A model generated the notes under the pieces. The model was not told the DNA's origin, did not search any database, and was given only the letters and a program-made list of their open reading frames with translations. A stretch of DNA of 34,028 nt from a virus. Lineage: Duplodnaviria > Caudoviricetes. Of this stretch, positions 17,520 through 27,014 are shown in pieces (position 1 is the first letter of the stretch; the number at the start of each line of letters is the position of its first letter). The position numbers and the translations under genes are program-made. The DNA lies in IMG/VR virus record IMGVR_UViG_3300033076_000101, positions 1-34,028 of that record; one strand, written 5' to 3'.

Positions 17520-19322
17520 ATGGCAAGCGTAGCTCAACAACGTAAAGCAGTTACAGCTTCAATCCCTGCGCCTATTGGCGGTTGGAACGCTAGAGATTCT
17601 TTAGCTAACATGGATCCAATGGATGCCGTTCAGATGGTGAATTGGTATCCTACTCCATCAGATATTGAGCTAAGAAAAGGCTATTCTCGTCACGCAACAG
17701 GCATTACAGGTACTGTTGAAAGCTTGATGAACTATGCAGGCCCTACATCTCAAAAGTTGTTGGCTGCTGCAGGCTCACAGATTTATGATGCAACAACTGC
17801 AGGCGCTGCAACTGTAGTGCAAACAGGCATGACAAATGCTCGTTTTCAGCACGTTAATATCTCTACTGCAGGTGGTCATTATCTAGTTGCTTGTAATGGC
17901 GCTGACCCTGTAATGGTTTATAACGGAACACATTGGATTAAGATTGCCACAACAACAACAGCTCAAACAATTAGCTCAATTACTCGTGGTGGCACAGGTA
18001 ATTTAACTGCTACTTTAACGACAGCTTCTGCTCATGGCTTAGTAACAGGCAATCAAGTAACAATTACAGGCGCAGTTCCTGCTGAATTTAACGGTGTTTA
18101 CAGAATTACCGTTACAGGCTCTACTACGTTTACCTACACAATGACTTCAGCCCCGTCTGGAGATGCTACAACAGTAGGTTCTTACATAGTTTTAGGCATT
18201 ATTGGCGGTACAACAGGCGGAACAACTTACACAGTTAATTCAAATACGTTTATTAACGTCAATTTATTCAAAAATCGCCTATATTTCACGCAAAAAGATA
18301 CCATGAAAGTGTGGTATTTAGACGTGGATTCTATTGGCGGTGAGGCTTTCCCATTAGATTTTGCTTCTGTGGCTCGTAACGGTGGTTATTTACAAGCTAT
18401 GGGAACGTGGACAATTGACGCAGGTGAAGGCGTAGACGATTACGCAGTATTTGTAACGTCTATGGGTGAAGTTATCGTTTATAACGGTACAGACCCTTCT
18501 GATGCGCTTTTATGGATATTAAAAGGCGTATGGCAAATTGGTCAAACGTTTAGCCGTAGATGTTTCTTCAAGTTTTCAGGCGATTTATTGCTATTAACTC
18601 AAGACGGTTTATTGCCTTTAGCTTCTGCTTTGCAATCAAGTCGTTTAGACCCACGTGTTGCCTTAACAGATAAGATTTTCTACGCTGTTTCTCAGGCTGC
18701 TGACGCATATTCAAACAATTTTGGCTGGCAAATCATGTATTTTGCTAAACAGAATATGCTTTTGCTCAATATTCCTGTAACTGAAGGCGTTGAGCAGTAT
18801 GTTATGCACACAATTACTAAGTCATGGGCTAGATTTACCAATATTGACGCTAAATGCTTAGAAATTCACGAGGATAACTTGTATTTTGGTACTGCAGGAT
18901 TTGTAGGTCAGTATTGGAATACAACGGCTGATGATGGCAATAACATCAATGCTTCAGTAGCTCAGGCTTATAATTACTTTGATAGTCGTGGCGTTCAAAA
19001 GCGTTTCACAATGGTTCGCCCAATTATCACATCTGATAACGGTTTACCTTCTATTGCTTGTAACGTAAACGTAGACTTTGCTACAGCCGATGTTACAGGT
19101 ACTATTTCTTTTAACCCTGCCATTTTGAACGTAGGGGTATGGGATACGGCTACATGGGATAACAATAACTGGGGTGGTGCAGTTACGGTTGTTAATAAAA
19201 ATTGGCAAACTGTTACAGGTATTGGATATTGCGCTGGTTTGCAACTAACTACAGCATCTCAAGGGATTCAAGTTAGATGGGCAAGTACGGACTTTGTAAT
19301 GGAAACAGGCGGAGTAATTTAA
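17520..19322 (+). CDS. Tail nozzle / tail tubular protein B-like (P22 gp10-like position)
   Basis: PAPIGGWNARD N-terminus and beta-propeller-like composition. Contains an inserted Thr-rich domain (AHGLVTGNQVTITG). Confidence 0.7.
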   Translation: MASVAQQRKAVTASIPAPIGGWNARDSLANMDPMDAVQMVNWYPTPSDIELRKGYSRHATGITGTVESLMNYAGPTSQKLLAAAGSQIYDATTAGAATVVQTGMTNARFQHVNISTAGGHYLVACNGADPVMVYNGTHWIKIATTTTAQTISSITRGGTGNLTATLTTASAHGLVTGNQVTITGAVPAEFNGVYRITVTGSTTFTYTMTSAPSGDATTVGSYIVLGIIGGTTGGTTYTVNSNTFINVNLFKNRLYFTQKDTMKVWYLDVDSIGGEAFPLDFASVARNGGYLQAMGTWTIDAGEGVDDYAVFVTSMGEVIVYNGTDPSDALLWILKGVWQIGQTFSRRCFFKFSGDLLLLTQDGLLPLASALQSSRLDPRVALTDKIFYAVSQAADAYSNNFGWQIMYFAKQNMLLLNIPVTEGVEQYVMHTITKSWARFTNIDAKCLEIHEDNLYFGTAGFVGQYWNTTADDGNNINASVAQAYNYFDSRGVQKRFTMVRPIITSDNGLPSIACNVNVDFATADVTGTISFNPAILNVGVWDTATWDNNNWGGAVTVVNKNWQTVTGIGYCAGLQLTTASQGIQVRWASTDFVMETGGVI

Positions 19323-19325
19323 CAC

Positions 19326-19393
19326 TTTAAAACCATTGCAAATTGAGGTATATTACGGTTAAGGCCGATTCCTTGGTTTGCAATATTTTTAAA
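19326..19393 (+). promoter_or_regulatory. Long intergenic RNA hairpin overlapping a possible sigma70 promoter
   Basis: 19335-19348 pairs with 19371-19384 (14 bp, 3 G-U) and 19326-19332 pairs with 19387-19393. The region also contains TTTAAA-17 bp-TATATT. Confidence 0.6.
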
Positions 19394-19406
19394 TACTGAG
19401 GAATAT

Positions 19407-20390
19407 ATGGCACAAACATTATCAACATCAAAAACCGCATCAGCACAAAAAATAGCTCAATCAACTTTTGGTAGACAATTAACTGCTGATGAGCTTCAAA
19501 CTATTGCTCAAAGCTATAATGGGTCAAATTTAAAAACTTTGGTAAAAGTTGTTGGTAATCTACCTAAAACAGAAACGCCTACAACTCCTCAAGCTCCTAC
19601 GTTTGATCCTAGCGCATATACTGCAGCTGCTGAAGCTACGGCAAAAGCTAACATGGCTAACGCTCAAGCTGCAACTGCTGCTAACCGAGTAAACCAAATT
19701 ACTCCTTTTGGTAATGTTCAATACGCTCAATCAGGCACAGATGCTCAAGGCAATCCTATTTGGACTGCTACACAGACTTTAAGCCCTGAACTAGAACAAG
19801 CTTATAAGGGTATTGCAGGTAATGTTTCAACTGCTTATAACCAAGCATTTAACCCTACAAATCTACCTTCTTATGGCATTAATCCTGGTGAAGCTTACAC
19901 CGATGCCATTATGCGTAGATTGCAACCAATTCAAGCTCGTCAATCTAAGCAATTAGATGCTCAATTAGCTAACCAAGGCATCATGCCTGGTTCTGAGGCT
20001 TATAACAATGCTAAACAACAATTGGCTCAACAACAAAACGACCAATTAACTAGCGCTGTTACAGGTGGCATGAACGTTGGTCTAAATGCGAATCAACAGC
20101 AATTCCAACAAGAAGCCACTAAGTATCAAATGCCTATGGCTACATTGAACCAATTTAGAACAGGTTCACAACCAAGTTTTGTAAACCCTGCTCAACAAGC
20201 AACTGTAGCTGGCCCTGACTATTTAGGCGCTTATACAACTGCTCAAAACGCAGAGTTGGCTAAACAAAATATGCAAAATGCTCAATCTAGCAACTTGCAA
20301 TCAGGCTTGTTTAACTTGGCAGGTTCTGTAATTTCTAATCCAAGCGCTGTATCAAGTGCATTTAACACAGTTAAAGGTTGGTTCAGCTAA
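19407..20390 (+). CDS. Putative internal virion / DNA ejection protein
   Basis: Ala/Gln/Asn-rich with NRVNQITPFG and LANQGI.PGSEAY motifs. Position after the tail nozzle gene. Confidence 0.65.
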   Translation: MAQTLSTSKTASAQKIAQSTFGRQLTADELQTIAQSYNGSNLKTLVKVVGNLPKTETPTTPQAPTFDPSAYTAAAEATAKANMANAQAATAANRVNQITPFGNVQYAQSGTDAQGNPIWTATQTLSPELEQAYKGIAGNVSTAYNQAFNPTNLPSYGINPGEAYTDAIMRRLQPIQARQSKQLDAQLANQGIMPGSEAYNNAKQQLAQQQNDQLTSAVTGGMNVGLNANQQQFQQEATKYQMPMATLNQFRTGSQPSFVNPAQQATVAGPDYLGAYTTAQNAELAKQNMQNAQSSNLQSGLFNLAGSVISNPSAVSSAFNTVKGWFS

Positions 20391-20392
20391 TC

Positions 20393-21853
20393 ATGGCTAA
20401 AACACAGAAACAACTTGATAAGTTATACGAAGGCACACAGCTAAAACAGCTAAAGAATTATCAAGATTCTGAGCTAGTTGCTTTAGCTAAAGTTTTGCGT
20501 GATCAAGGTTTGTCTGATTCAGAAATTAACGCTCAAGTTAAAGCTGAAAAAGATGCCAATAAGATTGAATATACCGATGCTAAAACAACAATAAAAGCGC
20601 CTGGCGTTCAAGAATTATTTACTGTAACTGATGCAAATGGCGTTTCTAGCAAAGGCCCTGCAATCTCTACTAACAACACATACACAGATGATGTAGCTAC
20701 AGGCGTTACAGGAATCATTGATAATGCCCGTGAATTTGCTTCTACGCATGGTATTCAAGACGTAAATCAAGTTGGCGGTGACGGTACTTATACAGGTGTT
20801 CGTCTTAATGATTTAGTTAAATTTACATTAAACCAAAACGAAGATGGCAGTTATTACCAAGGGTCAGGTCAAAATCGTGTTGGTAATTCAGTTTATAAAA
20901 CATTATTAGATGCAAACCAAAACTATGGGCAGTCTTTTTCTGCTGATGATTTAGGCAAAATTAAGCAAGTTGGCGTAGATGCAAGCGGAAACCCTATTTT
21001 TAGAAAAACCATAACAGGTTCAGATGAAGTTTCAAGCTATGGGATGTATGTTAAAAACCCTGATGGAACATACACCAACACAGGCTATTCTTATACAAAA
21101 CGCCCTGAAGATGATGGCAATTTCTTTAGCAAAGCTTTATCAGGATTTGATGACTTTGTTAATGATGTTATTCCTGGTGGATGGAAAACTGTTGCTGCAG
21201 TAACTGCTATGACTATGGGATTGCCGCCTGATATAGGGTCATTAGAAGCTGCAGGCGCTGCTGAAGCTGCAGGTGCCACTACTGCTGCTGCAGAAACTGC
21301 AGGCGCAGGATTAACAGATTATCTTGGCTCTACTGCTCTAGGAGATGCTACAACAGGCGCAGTAGGTAGCGGTGGAATGGGTGTAGGATTAAACGCAGGA
21401 ACTGTTGCAGGCGCTGCTAATGGTGTAGGAATAACAACTCCTACTTTATCTACAATAGGAACATTAGGTGGTACTGCTAGTATGTTGCCAGGAACTGCAG
21501 GATTAACTGCAGAACAATTAGCAACTGCTACTGAATTAGGTAAAGTTGGAACTAATGCTGCATCAGGTTTAGGTTATTTAGGTGGTGCAAGTTCATTGCC
21601 TGCAGGAACTGCTGGTATTACTGGCGTAACAGGTGCATCAAGCATGGCTGACGCATTAAGAAAAGTTTCAGACCTGTATAAAGGCACAAAAGGACTTAGT
21701 ATGCCTTCTGCTCAATCAAATAAAGGCTTACAATTAGCTCAATTGGTTAGAAGCAACGAAAATCCTTTCTACACGCCTAAAGATACAACAACTTTAGCTA
21801 ACCCATTTGCCACAAATCAGCCTGTATATATCGGCACACAATTGATTAAATAG
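20393..21853 (+). CDS. Putative ejection protein with a Gly/Ala/Thr low-complexity region
   Basis: ATG at 20393. Hydrophobic segment followed by a long Gly/Ala-rich stretch. Confidence 0.6.
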   Translation: MAKTQKQLDKLYEGTQLKQLKNYQDSELVALAKVLRDQGLSDSEINAQVKAEKDANKIEYTDAKTTIKAPGVQELFTVTDANGVSSKGPAISTNNTYTDDVATGVTGIIDNAREFASTHGIQDVNQVGGDGTYTGVRLNDLVKFTLNQNEDGSYYQGSGQNRVGNSVYKTLLDANQNYGQSFSADDLGKIKQVGVDASGNPIFRKTITGSDEVSSYGMYVKNPDGTYTNTGYSYTKRPEDDGNFFSKALSGFDDFVNDVIPGGWKTVAAVTAMTMGLPPDIGSLEAAGAAEAAGATTAAAETAGAGLTDYLGSTALGDATTGAVGSGGMGVGLNAGTVAGAANGVGITTPTLSTIGTLGGTASMLPGTAGLTAEQLATATELGKVGTNAASGLGYLGGASSLPAGTAGITGVTGASSMADALRKVSDLYKGTKGLSMPSAQSNKGLQLAQLVRSNENPFYTPKDTTTLANPFATNQPVYIGTQLIK

Positions 21854-21861
21854 GAAACATC

Positions 21862-23133
21862 ATGGCTCAACAATCACCATTCATAGAAGTAAGTAGCGAG
21901 TTTCAACCTGAATTAACAGATATTCAGCGTAAACAAAGACTTGCTCAACTGTTGATGGAACGTGGTATGCAAACGCCACAAGGTCAAATGGTATCTGGTC
22001 GTTATGTTGCGCCATCTTGGAGTCAAAACCTAGCTAATTTGTTTAGCGTATATTCAGGTAAAAACCTTGAGCAAGAAACAGAAAAGCGTCAAGAAGCGTT
22101 GGCAAAAGCAATTCGTGAAACAGGCGCTAAAGATATTAGCGAAGCTTTGCAGCTAATAAAGGGAACGCCTGGTCAAACAATTTACGGGGCTGGTGAAGAA
22201 GGCCCAACTAAAACTGAAGTTCCTGCAGTTGCTGGAAATCGTGAGGCTGCTATTGCTCGTTTGCTTAAGAGCAATTCTCCAATGGCAGGCCCATTGGTCG
22301 GCAAACTTATTGAGCAGCAATTTAGAGAGCCTAAATGGGAAAAAGCAGAACTTACAGATCCTAAAACTGGCAACACACGTCAAGGATGGGTGGACATTAA
22401 TTCTCCAAATCCTGAAGCTACTTTCCGTCAAGGTGGTGAAAAACCTGCAATTGGCCCTATGGATGTAATGAAAGGTCGATTTGAAGGATGGTATACAGGA
22501 GCTACTCCTACGGGTGGTGCAATGCCTACAGGCGGTTCAGGCGGTAGTATGCCTTCAGTTGGCGGTGGTATGCCTGCAGCTAGTGGTTCTACAGCTAATT
22601 TTAGTGGTTTGCCACCACAAGCTGCTATTCAAGCAAATAAAGAAATTACTGTTGATAAACTTAAGCGTCAGCAAGAATATGCTGAAAAAGCTCCTGCTGC
22701 TATTGAACAAATGGGGCAAACGATTAGAAACATTAATGATTTAATTGGTGATACTAAAGTAGAAAACGGAAAAGTTGTGTATGGCAAACAAAAACCACAT
22801 CCAGGTTTTGAGTCTGCAGTTGGTATATCTGCAGCTCCATTGTCAGGATTTATCCCAGGCACAAATACAACTGACTTTAAAGAACGTTTTAATCAAATTA
22901 AAGGGCAATCTTTCTTGCAAGCATTTGAAACCCTTAAAGGTGGTGGTCAAATTACTGAAATTGAAGGCGCAAAAGCTACTGCTGCTCTTAATAGAATGAA
23001 TTTAGCTCAATCTGAAGCAGAATTTATTAAAGCTGCTAGAGAATTTGAAGAAAACGTAAGTAAAGGCATGGAATTGGCTCGTAAAAGAGCTGGCATTGTT
23101 TCCCCACAACAAGGTGGATGGAGAATTAAATAA
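21862..23133 (+). CDS. Putative ejection protein
   Basis: PQGQMVSGRYVAPS N-terminal motif and LKGGGQITEIEG C-terminal motif. Confidence 0.6.
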   Translation: MAQQSPFIEVSSEFQPELTDIQRKQRLAQLLMERGMQTPQGQMVSGRYVAPSWSQNLANLFSVYSGKNLEQETEKRQEALAKAIRETGAKDISEALQLIKGTPGQTIYGAGEEGPTKTEVPAVAGNREAAIARLLKSNSPMAGPLVGKLIEQQFREPKWEKAELTDPKTGNTRQGWVDINSPNPEATFRQGGEKPAIGPMDVMKGRFEGWYTGATPTGGAMPTGGSGGSMPSVGGGMPAASGSTANFSGLPPQAAIQANKEITVDKLKRQQEYAEKAPAAIEQMGQTIRNINDLIGDTKVENGKVVYGKQKPHPGFESAVGISAAPLSGFIPGTNTTDFKERFNQIKGQSFLQAFETLKGGGQITEIEGAKATAALNRMNLAQSEAEFIKAAREFEENVSKGMELARKRAGIVSPQQGGWRIK

Positions 23134-24644
23134 TGGCTGAAAAAGAATATACCGTTGTAGCTCCTGATGGCAAAGAAATTACATTGATTGGCCCTGTTGG
23201 GGCTAGTCAAGAAGAAATTATTGCTCAAGCTCAAAGGTTATATAAGCCAAATGCACAACGTCAAAATGTGCCTACTGCAACTGGGCCATATTTAGGTGGT
23301 GATAGACCAGCTCCTATTTCTCAAGAGCCTAAACCAACAACATTAGATTATGCAAAAGCTTTGTACGAAGTTCCTGCAACTGTTGTTTCTGGTGCTGTAG
23401 CTCCATTTGTAGGCGCTGCTAAAGGTATTGTTCAAAACATTCAACAAGGCACTAATGAACGTGTAGACAGACCAGAATTAGCTCAAGAGTTTACTTATCA
23501 GCCTACGTCACCTGTAAGCCAAAACATTTTAGGTTCAATGGGTAAAGTATTAGATACAGCTAAAATTGCTCCTGTTACAGGTTTGCCTATTTCTGCTTCT
23601 TTATCTCAAGCAGGTGAAGTTGTTGCTCCAATGGCTAGGTCTATTGCTTCAAAGCCTGTTCAAAAATTAGCGGGTGCATTAAGAAAAGAACCAACAATTG
23701 AGCCTACTACTGGTGAAATTAAATCTACTGTAGCTCAAAGATACAAAGAAGCTTTTACACCTGCAGAAAAACCAACTTATGCAACTGCTGAAGAATTGGC
23801 TCAAAAATCAACAGATTTATTTAAAAAAGCTCAAGATTCAGGCGTTGAATTAAATCCACAATATTTTTCAAATTACATGAAATCTATTCAAAAGGATTTA
23901 AGACAAGAAGGATATGATCCTAGAACAATGCCTAAAGTTGCTGTTGCTTTGGAAGAAATGCAAAGAACTGATTTAACTAAAGATTTGCAAGAATTAAAAA
24001 CTTTAAGAAAATTTATTAGAAACGCACAAAAAAGTAATGATATAGATGAAAAGCGAGTTGGAACAATTCTTAAAAATGAATTTGATGATTATGTAGCAAA
24101 CATTCCTGATTCATCTATTAAAGGTGGTTCAAAAGAAGGTTTAGCCGCATGGAAAGAAGCTAGAGATACTTATTCTAAATTAAGTAAAGCAGAAATTTTT
24201 GACGATATGTTAGAAACTGCTAAATTAGAAAAAGGTAAATATTCTCAAGCAGGTGTTGAACAGTCTTTATACAATCAGCTTAAAAACTTGGCTAAAAACG
24301 ATAAGCGTATGCGAATGTTTACCGCTGAAGAACAAGATGCTATTAAAAAAGCTGCTGAAGGAACAGATTTACAAAATACTCTTAAATTTATTGGTAAATT
24401 TGCGCCAACTAGCACAGTAAGTAGCATTCTTCCATTGCTAGTAACAGGAGCAAGTGCGCCAGCAGGCATTATTGGTACTGCCGCTGCTATTGGTTCAAGG
24501 GCTGCTGCTGCTCAAATGAGAAAAAATCAAATTGAGCAATTAGCTAATTTAATGCGAGGAACTGTTCCTGCTGAATTACAAGTTCAACAAAAACCTGTAA
24601 ATCCACAGCTTTTGAAAATGTTAAGAATGGATCAAGGAGAATAA
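23133..24644 (+). CDS. Putative ejection protein
   Basis: YTVVAPDGK...GP.GAS N-terminus, helical body, hydrophobic Gly/Ala segment near the C-terminus. Confidence 0.6.
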   Translation: MAEKEYTVVAPDGKEITLIGPVGASQEEIIAQAQRLYKPNAQRQNVPTATGPYLGGDRPAPISQEPKPTTLDYAKALYEVPATVVSGAVAPFVGAAKGIVQNIQQGTNERVDRPELAQEFTYQPTSPVSQNILGSMGKVLDTAKIAPVTGLPISASLSQAGEVVAPMARSIASKPVQKLAGALRKEPTIEPTTGEIKSTVAQRYKEAFTPAEKPTYATAEELAQKSTDLFKKAQDSGVELNPQYFSNYMKSIQKDLRQEGYDPRTMPKVAVALEEMQRTDLTKDLQELKTLRKFIRNAQKSNDIDEKRVGTILKNEFDDYVANIPDSSIKGGSKEGLAAWKEARDTYSKLSKAEIFDDMLETAKLEKGKYSQAGVEQSLYNQLKNLAKNDKRMRMFTAEEQDAIKKAAEGTDLQNTLKFIGKFAPTSTVSSILPLLVTGASAPAGIIGTAAAIGSRAAAAQMRKNQIEQLANLMRGTVPAELQVQQKPVNPQLLKMLRMDQGE

Positions 24645-24647
24645 ATA

Positions 24648-24866
24648 ATGTCACGTAATGGATCAGGCGTTTACTCATTACCTGCTGGTAATCCAGTAGT
24701 AACTGCCACAACAATTACTTCTACATGGGCTAACAATACTCTTAATGATATTGCTACTGCTTTAACAGGTTCTTTGGCTGCTGATGGTCAAACTACAGCA
24801 ACTGGCCCTTTAAACATGGGTAATAACGAAATCCAAAACGTAACACTAGACTGTGGAACGTTCTAA
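24648..24866 (+). CDS. Short tail-fibre N-terminal/adaptor-like protein, 72 aa
   Basis: MSRNGSGVYSLPAGNPVV...WAN.TL.DIATALT resembles the virion-attachment domain of podovirus fibres. AAGGAG RBS; ends TLDCGTF. Confidence 0.7.
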   Translation: MSRNGSGVYSLPAGNPVVTATTITSTWANNTLNDIATALTGSLAADGQTTATGPLNMGNNEIQNVTLDCGTF

Positions 24867-25099
24867 TGGAATGGCAGACCTTAATAAACATAGGAGCTGG
24901 ATCGTTACTTGCTATATTTGGTTGGTTTGCTAGAGAGCTATGGGATGTAGTCAAAGAAATTAAACAAGATGTTCAAAATCTAGAAGTTAAGATTGCTAAA
25001 GAATACACAACTCATGCTGACATGAACGCTAGATTTGATCGAATTGAAGGTATTTTAGAGCGTATCTTTGACAAGATTGAAAGAAAGGCTGATAAATGA
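24866..25099 (+). CDS. Membrane protein (1 TM plus coiled coil), lysis-associated
   Basis: N-terminal hydrophobic helix followed by a heptad pattern. TAATG coupling. Confidence 0.7.
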   Translation: MEWQTLINIGAGSLLAIFGWFARELWDVVKEIKQDVQNLEVKIAKEYTTHADMNARFDRIEGILERIFDKIERKADK

Positions 25100-25452
25100 A
25101 CGAGCATATTGAATCTGCAAAAGAAGTAGCTGGTAAAGCGATTGGTAAGCATGGTCTTGTTTACATAACAATTATTGTAGCTATGGGTGTAGGCGCATCT
25201 ATTGTGCTTGAGGAAAGCAAAATGGCTGCGGTAATGGGATTATTAGGCGCATCTTTAACAGCTCTTATTTCTATGCTTAACGGTGTGGCAGGCGCATCTC
25301 CAAAACAAGAAAAACCTGAATTTGAGATTATGAAAGAGCTTATTGCTCGTTTAGATCGTATGGCAGACCGTGATCCTATGACAGTTGCTGTTGATGGTGA
25401 CAGAGTTACTGTTAAAAAAGGTGACAACGAAACAACTGCGACTAGAGGTTAA
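25096..25452 (+). CDS. Two-TM membrane protein, possible holin/antiholin
   Basis: Two hydrophobic helices. ATGA overlap with the upstream gene. Confidence 0.6.
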   Translation: MNEHIESAKEVAGKAIGKHGLVYITIIVAMGVGASIVLEESKMAAVMGLLGASLTALISMLNGVAGASPKQEKPEFEIMKELIARLDRMADRDPMTVAVDGDRVTVKKGDNETTATRG

Positions 25453-25453
25453 T

Positions 25454-25855
25454 ATGTTTCCATTAGCTGCCGTGTTTGAAATTGGTAATAAACTGATTGA
25501 TAAGTTGTTGCCTGACCCTGAAGCTAAAGCAAAAGCTCAAGCTGAATTGCTAAAAATGCAACAAGATGGCAGATTAGCTGAATTACAGGCAGATAATGTA
25601 GAAGCACAAGAAATTAGCAAGCGTTGGCAAGCTGACATGGATTCTGATTCTAAGTTGGCTAAAAATATTAGACCAATGACTTTGGTTTATATTTTGACTG
25701 CTTATTTAGTTTTTGCAGTAGGTTCAGCATTTGGATTAAATGTTAATGAACGTTATGTTGAATTGCTTGGTCAATGGGGTATGTTGGTTATGTCAGCTTA
25801 TTTTGGCGGTAGAACCCTAGAAAAAATTATGGATAGAAAAAATGCAACTAAGTGA
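25454..25855 (+). CDS. Holin (GTA-type 3TM holin family-like)
   Basis: RWQADM.SDS.L.KNIRP motif, TM helices, AYFGGRTLEK. ATG at 25454 with GAGG RBS. Confidence 0.78.
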   Translation: MFPLAAVFEIGNKLIDKLLPDPEAKAKAQAELLKMQQDGRLAELQADNVEAQEISKRWQADMDSDSKLAKNIRPMTLVYILTAYLVFAVGSAFGLNVNERYVELLGQWGMLVMSAYFGGRTLEKIMDRKNATK

Positions 25856-26276
25856 ACATTTTTCTCTTACAGAGTTAACAACATCTGAAATTGCAGTCAG
25901 AAAAGGTTTAGACAACCTTCCTGAAAGCGTTGCATTAGAAAATCTAAGCCGATTAGCTGAAAAACTAGAAGAAGTCCGTAAAGTTTTAGGCAAGCCAATT
26001 ATGATTAATTCAGCTTATCGTTCCCCTGAAGTAAATTCTGCCGTTGGTGGGGTTAAAACAAGCCAACATTGCCTTGGATGTGCTGCGGATATAAGAGTGC
26101 CAGGCATGACTCCTGATGAGGTTGTAAAGGCTATTATTGCATCTAAGATTCAATACGATCAGTTAATAAGAGAGTTTGATTCTTGGACTCATATCAGCAT
26201 ACCTAATTTGCCTGAACAAACGCCTAGAAATCAAACCCTCATTATTGATAAAGCAGGAACTAGGCCTTACGCTTAA
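25842..26276 (+). CDS. Endolysin, peptidase M15A family
   Basis: LSEHFSL.E, SAYRS..N..VGG, SQH..G.AAD and W.H zinc-ligand motifs. Confidence 0.9.
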   Translation: MQLSEHFSLTELTTSEIAVRKGLDNLPESVALENLSRLAEKLEEVRKVLGKPIMINSAYRSPEVNSAVGGVKTSQHCLGCAADIRVPGMTPDEVVKAIIASKIQYDQLIREFDSWTHISIPNLPEQTPRNQTLIIDKAGTRPYA

Positions 26277-26484
26277 AAACCTTAGATTGATGTGTTTTTA
26301 GAATATCTAATGGCACATCTAAGCGTTTAATTTTGTTAGCTGGGTGACATACCCATTTTTCGCCCATTTCTTCAATAATTTCTTTAGATTTGGCTAAGTT
26401 ATAAGCAGGCATAAAGTCTAATACTGCACTATATCTGCCAGCTTTCATCATTTGCACAATTAAATTTCTATCGTTTTCGTTCAT
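26260..26484 (-). CDS. Hypothetical protein, 74 aa
   Basis: ATG at 26484 with AGGAG RBS; MGEKWVCHPAN motif. Overlaps the 3' end of the convergent endolysin gene. Confidence 0.7.
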   Translation of the reverse strand: MNENDRNLIVQMMKAGRYSAVLDFMPAYNLAKSKEIIEEMGEKWVCHPANKIKRLDVPLDILKTHQSKVFKRKA

Positions 26485-26491
26485 ATAGCTC

Positions 26492-26845
26492 CTAAATTGG
26501 GTTAAATAACCATGCTGCTGCATAGTCAGGTTTTGGAGTAAATTTATACGATTTTTTAATAGGCTCTCTAGTCTTTAACTTGTATTTCTTGTTGTATTCA
26601 TCCTGACTAATTGCTGAAATTCTAGGCGCATCAGGAGCGTTACCTGTCATGTAATACACAGTAAATTGACCAGGAGTGCGTTCATATTTATGAATATGAA
26701 TTTTTCTACGAAATCGCATCTCTGTGATGTATTTGCAAACCGATGGTACAGACATACCCACAGCATCAGCCATTTGATGCCTGTTCATAGGTTCACGTTT
26801 CATACGTTCAAGTAAATATTCAATTCTTTTTTGTTTTAAATTCAT
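26492..26845 (-). CDS. HTH-domain protein
   Basis: MNRHQMADAVGMSVPSVCKYITEM is HTH-like. C-terminal D.AAAWLFN. Confidence 0.7.
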   Translation of the reverse strand: MNLKQKRIEYLLERMKREPMNRHQMADAVGMSVPSVCKYITEMRFRRKIHIHKYERTPGQFTVYYMTGNAPDAPRISAISQDEYNKKYKLKTREPIKKSYKFTPKPDYAAAWLFNPI

Positions 26846-26854
26846 AGCTTAAAT

Positions 26855-26870
26855 GGGGGATTTCTCCCCC
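26855..26870 (-). terminator. GC-rich hairpin after the micro-peptide gene (weak terminator or stabiliser)
   Basis: Minus strand GGGGGA-GAAA-TCCCCC with a GNRA tetraloop and a short ATTT tail. Confidence 0.6.
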
Positions 26871-26876
26871 TGTTAA

Positions 26877-27005
26877 TTAACGACCACAACCACAAATCAT
26901 TTTGCCGTTTGCGCCTGGTGTGCAACCATAAGGGGCCCAAGTAGGACAAGCTGCAAATGCTGTTGTTGAAACTAACAATACTAAAGTTACAAGTGCTTTT
27001 TTCAT
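26877..27005 (-). CDS. Secreted Cys-rich micro-protein, 42 aa (not in ORF track)
   Basis: Translates as MKKALVTLVLLVSTTAFA-ACPTWAPYGCTPGANGKMICGCGR. AAGGAG RBS and a classic signal peptide. Confidence 0.82.
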   Translation of the reverse strand: MKKALVTLVLLVSTTAFAACPTWAPYGCTPGANGKMICGCGR

Positions 27006-27014
27006 GATTTCTCC

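Noticed and set aside
3378-25427. Many antisense and alternative-frame ORFs within structural genes (e.g. 6853-7173, 14849-15223, 22193-22468)
   Set aside because: These are shadows of the codon bias of the real genes, with no independent RBS or motifs.
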